Positions 7,538 through 11,084 of a DNA stretch of 11,084 nt are shown in pieces. Made by a program: the position numbers and the translations under genes. The DNA comes from Candidatus Eiseniibacteriota bacterium. Lineage in GTDB: Bacteria > Eisenbacteria > RBG-16-71-46. The notes under the pieces are model-generated. The model saw only the letters and a list, made by a program, of their open reading frames with translations. It did no database searches and was not told the origin of the DNA. Each line of letters starts with the position of its first letter. The stretch's first letter is position 1. The stretch covers positions 1-11,084 of the forward strand of contig JANLOX010000040.1 in the NCBI GenBank assembly GCA_031366795.1, written 5' to 3'.

Positions 7538-7902
7538 GGGCAACTTATCCGGACGAGTTGCTGCATGTTCGGTGCGCGCCAGCAGGCGCAGTGGCAGCCG
7601 GGCTGTCTGGATCACCAGCACCCCCCGTCGGTGATGCACTACGCCGAACCGCCAGAAAGACACGGTTCTCCGCCGCCGGCCAGAGACGAGGGCTCTCCCT
7701 CGGGCGGAGCCGGTGGCCTCTGCCCGGCGCTCGAAAATGCTGGCCCCGGCAATGCACCATTCGCAGTACTCTACGTTCGGCGCGAAGGGTTGGGAGGTCC
7801 GTCACGAATGACTCGATTGGCCAGATCCGGAACTGCCTCACACCCGGCCACACCGAAACATCACCTGCTCGTTGGTCGGGCGACGAATCAAAGGAGAAAC
7901 GA

Positions 7903-8097
7903 ATGACTCGAGCGAAAGTAGCTGTGGGACTTGTTTCCCTCACCAGCATTGTTTCGTTCATCGCGGCTCTGATTCCTCTGCTTAAGGGCGGCCGAATGAA
8001 CGCCGACTTTCTGGGCTCCGGTGTGGTCTTTATGGCGGTTGCGATTGCGATCGCGAAGCGGAAGCCCTCCTCCAAGGGCGGCCCTCCCGCGGCCTGA
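7903..8097 (+). CDS. Small two-TM membrane protein (64 aa)
   Basis: AAGGAG RBS then ATG 7903; two hydrophobic helices and a basic tail. The longer ORF from 7558 is probably a spurious extension. Confidence 0.7.
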   Translation: MTRAKVAVGLVSLTSIVSFIAALIPLLKGGRMNADFLGSGVVFMAVAIAIAKRKPSSKGGPPAA

Positions 8098-8142
8098 GAA
8101 GCGCTTGCTACAGCCGACGCTCACCGCACGGAGGGATAGGTT

Positions 8143-8829
8143 TTGAAAATCGCCACCTTCCGATCCCCCACCTTGCGATGCCATGTCCCACACCCTCGAC
8201 TCGCCGTAACGGCCACCATCGCGTGCCTCCTCCTGGCCTCGCCCGCCCTAGCCGCACCGCGCCCCGCCACGCTCCTCGACGAGTTCATGCCGTCGTGCCA
8301 CTTCCGTAACGCCGAGTCCGTGCGCATCCACGCGCCGCCGTGGGCGGTGTTCGCTGCGGTCCGCGCCGTGACGGCCAGCGAGGTGCAGGGGTTCATGCCG
8401 TTCGCGATTGCGGTGCATGCGCCGCGCTTCCAACTGACTCCACGAGAGAACGTGCTCATGCGCCGCCCGATGATCGAGGCCATGCGTGACGAGGGCTACG
8501 TGCTGCTCGGGGAGACCGTGGGCCAAGAAATCGTGGTCGGCGCTATCGGGCAATTCTGGGCCGACCGGTACGTGGCGTTGCGCAGCGCGCGCGACTTCAG
8601 CGCGTTTCGTGATCCACGCTTCGCACGCATCGCCGTGAATGTGCGCATCCGCGACGATGGGCACGGCGGCAGCCTGGTCACGACGGAGACGCGCGCGCTG
8701 TGCCCGGATGCGCAGGCGCGCAGGAAGTTCGACGGCTGCTGGCGGTTGTGGACTCCGGGTGGATCACTGGTGCGCACGCAGTGGCTCGAAGCGGTGCGGC
8801 GGCGGGCTGAGGGGGCGCGGCGGAGGTAA
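8143..8829 (+). CDS. Conserved hypothetical protein (DUF2867/SRPBCC-like) with signal-peptide-like N-terminus
   Basis: LLDEFMP..HF......I.APP..VF.AV; LLGE..G.EIVVGAIGQFW; S.VTTETR...D..ARRKF..W resembles a widespread uncharacterised family. Start codon uncertain (TTG 8143). Confidence 0.7.
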   Translation: MKIATFRSPTLRCHVPHPRLAVTATIACLLLASPALAAPRPATLLDEFMPSCHFRNAESVRIHAPPWAVFAAVRAVTASEVQGFMPFAIAVHAPRFQLTPRENVLMRRPMIEAMRDEGYVLLGETVGQEIVVGAIGQFWADRYVALRSARDFSAFRDPRFARIAVNVRIRDDGHGGSLVTTETRALCPDAQARRKFDGCWRLWTPGGSLVRTQWLEAVRRRAEGARRR

Positions 8830-8841
8830 GGGCAGCCCTGC

Positions 8842-9615
8842 CTACCCCCGCTCCCGGCACGCCCCCAGCAGCTCCGCCACGACCTCCCGCGTCGTCTCCC
8901 CCACCTCATCGAACGCCGCGAGCTTCTCCCCCGTGACCTCGTCCATGTACAGCCGCCGGTTGATCTCAACCATGATCGCGCCGACCGAGGCATTCCGCTC
9001 GTAGTAGTCGGCGGGCACCAGCGCGCCTGCGAAGGGGCGATTGATCTCGACGGAGAGCGCGCGCTTCGCGAACAGCTCAGCCGCCAGCGCCGCCAGCCAC
9101 GCGGGCGTGTGGTAGGGGTCCGTGCCGATGCAGATGTCCGGCCGATCGGGTGACTGATCGGAGTGGCAGGGCAAGGGCACCGCCGGGAAGCTGTGGCAGT
9201 CCACGACCAGACACTGGCGGTGTTCCTCGAGCGCGGACAGCACGGCCTGCGTGAGTGCTGCGTGATGCGGCTCGTAGAAGCGTTCGATCAGCCCGCGTCG
9301 CTCCGCAGCGGTCGGCGCATCCCGCAAGACCTTGCCGTCGTGCGTGCGGGTGTAGATGACGCCCATGCCGCGCGACGCCATCACCTCTTGCGAATCGTCG
9401 AGGAAGCGCTCGGGATCGAGCACCAACCTGCTGATCGGGAATCGAACGGGGACAGCATCCGCCGGGGGGAGCGCGAAGAGTTCGTCGGTGTACCAGTCGG
9501 TCATCGTGAGCAGTTCGCGACGAAGGACGTCATCGGAGACGAGCAAGCGCGGACGCACATCCGCCGGGATCGCGATGGCGCTATGCGGGATGTGGAGGAC
9601 GGCGAAGGGGGGCAT
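8842..9615 (-). CDS. N-formylglutamate amidohydrolase family protein
   Basis: LHIPHS, TDWYTDELF, SRLVLDPERF, YEPHHAAL, VDCHSFP, RPDICIGTD, N.PFAG and IMVEINRRLYMDE motifs; likely start ATG 9615. Confidence 0.9.
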   Translation of the reverse strand: MPPFAVLHIPHSAIAIPADVRPRLLVSDDVLRRELLTMTDWYTDELFALPPADAVPVRFPISRLVLDPERFLDDSQEVMASRGMGVIYTRTHDGKVLRDAPTAAERRGLIERFYEPHHAALTQAVLSALEEHRQCLVVDCHSFPAVPLPCHSDQSPDRPDICIGTDPYHTPAWLAALAAELFAKRALSVEINRPFAGALVPADYYERNASVGAIMVEINRRLYMDEVTGEKLAAFDEVGETTREVVAELLGACRERG

Positions 9616-9628
9616 GGCGGGTCGTCGC

Positions 9629-10081
9629 CTAACTTGCGCGCTCGCGAAGGTAGCTGACCACCGACGCCCAATCGGGGACGCGCGGCGTGCCGAAGTGGAT
9701 GTGCTCGCCCTTGAATAGGTCGGCGCCATTCTTCGTCCGGTCGTCGATCAAGTAGTCGCCCACGTTCAGGTGCTTGTGGTGCGAGAGGATCAGCCGCTTG
9801 TAGGCCGGCGCCCCAAGATGGCGCTTCACCCAGAGCAACTTGTCGGACCACGCGGACGGATTCTCCCAGGGCGCAGTCGACAGGATGTACGTGTCGAACA
9901 ATTTCGCGAGTTCGTGGAAGCCCTCGATCGCGCCCGGCATGGGATCCATCAACGCGAAGATCCCGGGGACCTCGTCGAGATCGTCCTCGTGCTGGAGTTG
10001 GATCTCGGGCGGCGTGCGATCGATCCCGGACTTGAAGTCCACGAGAACGTTGTCCATGTCGACGTAGAGGGTTTTGTGCAC
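9629..10081 (-). CDS. HAD-superfamily 5'(3')-deoxyribonucleotidase (NT5C type)
   Basis: Motif I LYVDMDNVLVDF, YILSTAPW, K..WV, GDYLIDDR; GGAG RBS before GTG 10081. Confidence 0.9.
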   Translation of the reverse strand: MHKTLYVDMDNVLVDFKSGIDRTPPEIQLQHEDDLDEVPGIFALMDPMPGAIEGFHELAKLFDTYILSTAPWENPSAWSDKLLWVKRHLGAPAYKRLILSHHKHLNVGDYLIDDRTKNGADLFKGEHIHFGTPRVPDWASVVSYLRERAS

Positions 10082-10489
10082 TGGGAATCTCCAAGGGCCA
10101 GATGCGGTCGCGTGATCATGCTGATCATAGTGCTTCGATCACACCACGCCCACCGCGCCATCGCGCGGCCATTCGGTGCGGTGCAACTCAATCCGTATTG
10201 CAGCACTGAACTTGGATTCACGCCAGACTGACGATTCGAACGTGTAGTTGTAGGCGGAAGATTACAGTTCTACGGCAGGTCGTTTCCCGCTCGCGCGGCG
10301 GTTCGATGAGTTGTGCCGCGCAAGTACTACGGATGATGAACGTTGCTTGCGCGGATCGTTTCTACCAACGGCGGTGGTCCAACTGATGCATTGCCGTGAC
10401 GCGCCTCCTCGCCCGGCGGCCGCGCGCCCATCGGGGCCGTGCTCCCCTTCCGGAGAGCATCCGCATGCATGCACGATGGTTTAGTTCAT

Positions 10490-11084
10490 GGGGCTTCGGG
10501 GTTTGGTGTGGCTGAAAACCTACGGGTCATGATTTCGTGCTGACGGCCGCCGGATAGAGATTGAGCCCGCCACAATGGAAGAAGATCGCCGTGCGGAACC
10601 GTTCGCGATTGCGGAACCCACAAGCCCGCCGCTTCGCCGACTGGATCTTCGCGTTGAGCGACTCCGCACCTGCATTGGTGACGCGATGCGTGAAGTAGGT
10701 CCGGATGTTCGCCCAGTGACGCTTGATCATGGCCGCGACCTTGCGCATAGGCTCGATCTGGCTGCGACGCGCCCAGCGATACCAGATGGCGAAGTTGCGA
10801 TCGGCCACTTGGGGGTTATGCAGCGCCCACAGCGCCATGGCAGCTTCGCGCAGTGCCCACGCGCGACCCATGCGGGGCGCGAGATCCCGCAGCAGGTTGA
10901 ATGCGCGGCTCTCGGACCAACTGCGGCCACGCGGACTCTCCAGCCAGCGGTACTTCGTGCCCTTGAGGATCGGGTCCCCTGCCGCCATGTTCGACCGGTG
11001 CTCTTGCCTCCGCACGAGATCGACGGCGTTGCCGAGGTGTTGGGCGATGTGAAACTTGTCGAACACGATCTTGTCCGCCGCGCC
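10490..11084 (-). mobile_element. ISL3-family element, right part (continues beyond the window)
   Basis: Transposase 3' end followed by an ISL3-like right end, forward GGGGCTTCGGGGTTTGGTGTGG from 10490; AT-rich flank TAGTTCAT. Confidence 0.85.
10527..11084 (-). CDS. ISL3-family transposase, C-terminal part (5' end outside the window)
   Basis: IVFDKFHI...AVD.VRR.E, TNAGAESLNAKIQ..KRRACGFRN..RFRTAIFFHCGGL motifs. Confidence 0.92.
   Translation of the reverse strand, partial: GAADKIVFDKFHIAQHLGNAVDLVRRQEHRSNMAAGDPILKGTKYRWLESPRGRSWSESRAFNLLRDLAPRMGRAWALREAAMALWALHNPQVADRNFAIWYRWARRSQIEPMRKVAAMIKRHWANIRTYFTHRVTNAGAESLNAKIQSAKRRACGFRNRERFRTAIFFHCGGLNLYPAAVSTKS

Noticed and set aside
7642..7782. 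Complete attC site bounded by CGCCGAAC/GTTCGGCG
   Set aside because: The ends are complementary, but I cannot find paired L boxes or an extended stem; an 8-bp GC-rich match can be chance.
7545..8075. ORF 7545..8075(-) and the extension 7558..7902(+)
   Set aside because: Low-complexity Arg/Pro/Ala-rich shadow frames typical of high-GC DNA; a strong RBS supports the start at 7903.
10090..10489. ncRNA or small gene upstream of the nucleotidase
   Set aside because: Only short weak hairpins and unconvincing ORFs; nothing recognisable without an Rfam search.

Overview
GC-rich bacterial accessory region with many mobile-element remnants. The C-terminal FlgD-Ig-type sorting domain of one secreted protein hints at an FCB-group or candidate-phylum host such as an Eisenbacteria-like lineage (inference only). 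Left to right: (1) 1-1250 is a stack of orphan, same-orientation IS21-like transposon ends and short repeats, one of which cuts the start off a HigA-like XRE-HTH gene. (2) A DUF1810 gene, an exported hypothetical gene, a secreted 8-repeat beta-propeller/FlgD-Ig gene, and a GYD-domain gene with a terminator-like hairpin. (3) A decayed IS1380-family element. (4) A minus-strand operon of an ArsR-rhodanese fusion regulator, an ArsM-like SAM methyltransferase and a truncated MFS transporter. The methyltransferase has an in-frame TGA exactly at the conserved Cys of the 'LWxGCIAGAL' motif, followed by a SECIS-like hairpin. It is therefore most likely a 269-aa selenoprotein that the ORF track cuts short, and this is the main finding. 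(5) A small membrane protein, a conserved hypothetical protein, an N-formylglutamate amidohydrolase-like gene, a HAD 5'(3')-deoxyribonucleotidase gene, and the 3' part of an ISL3 element. Family assignments come from motif recognition, not database searches.
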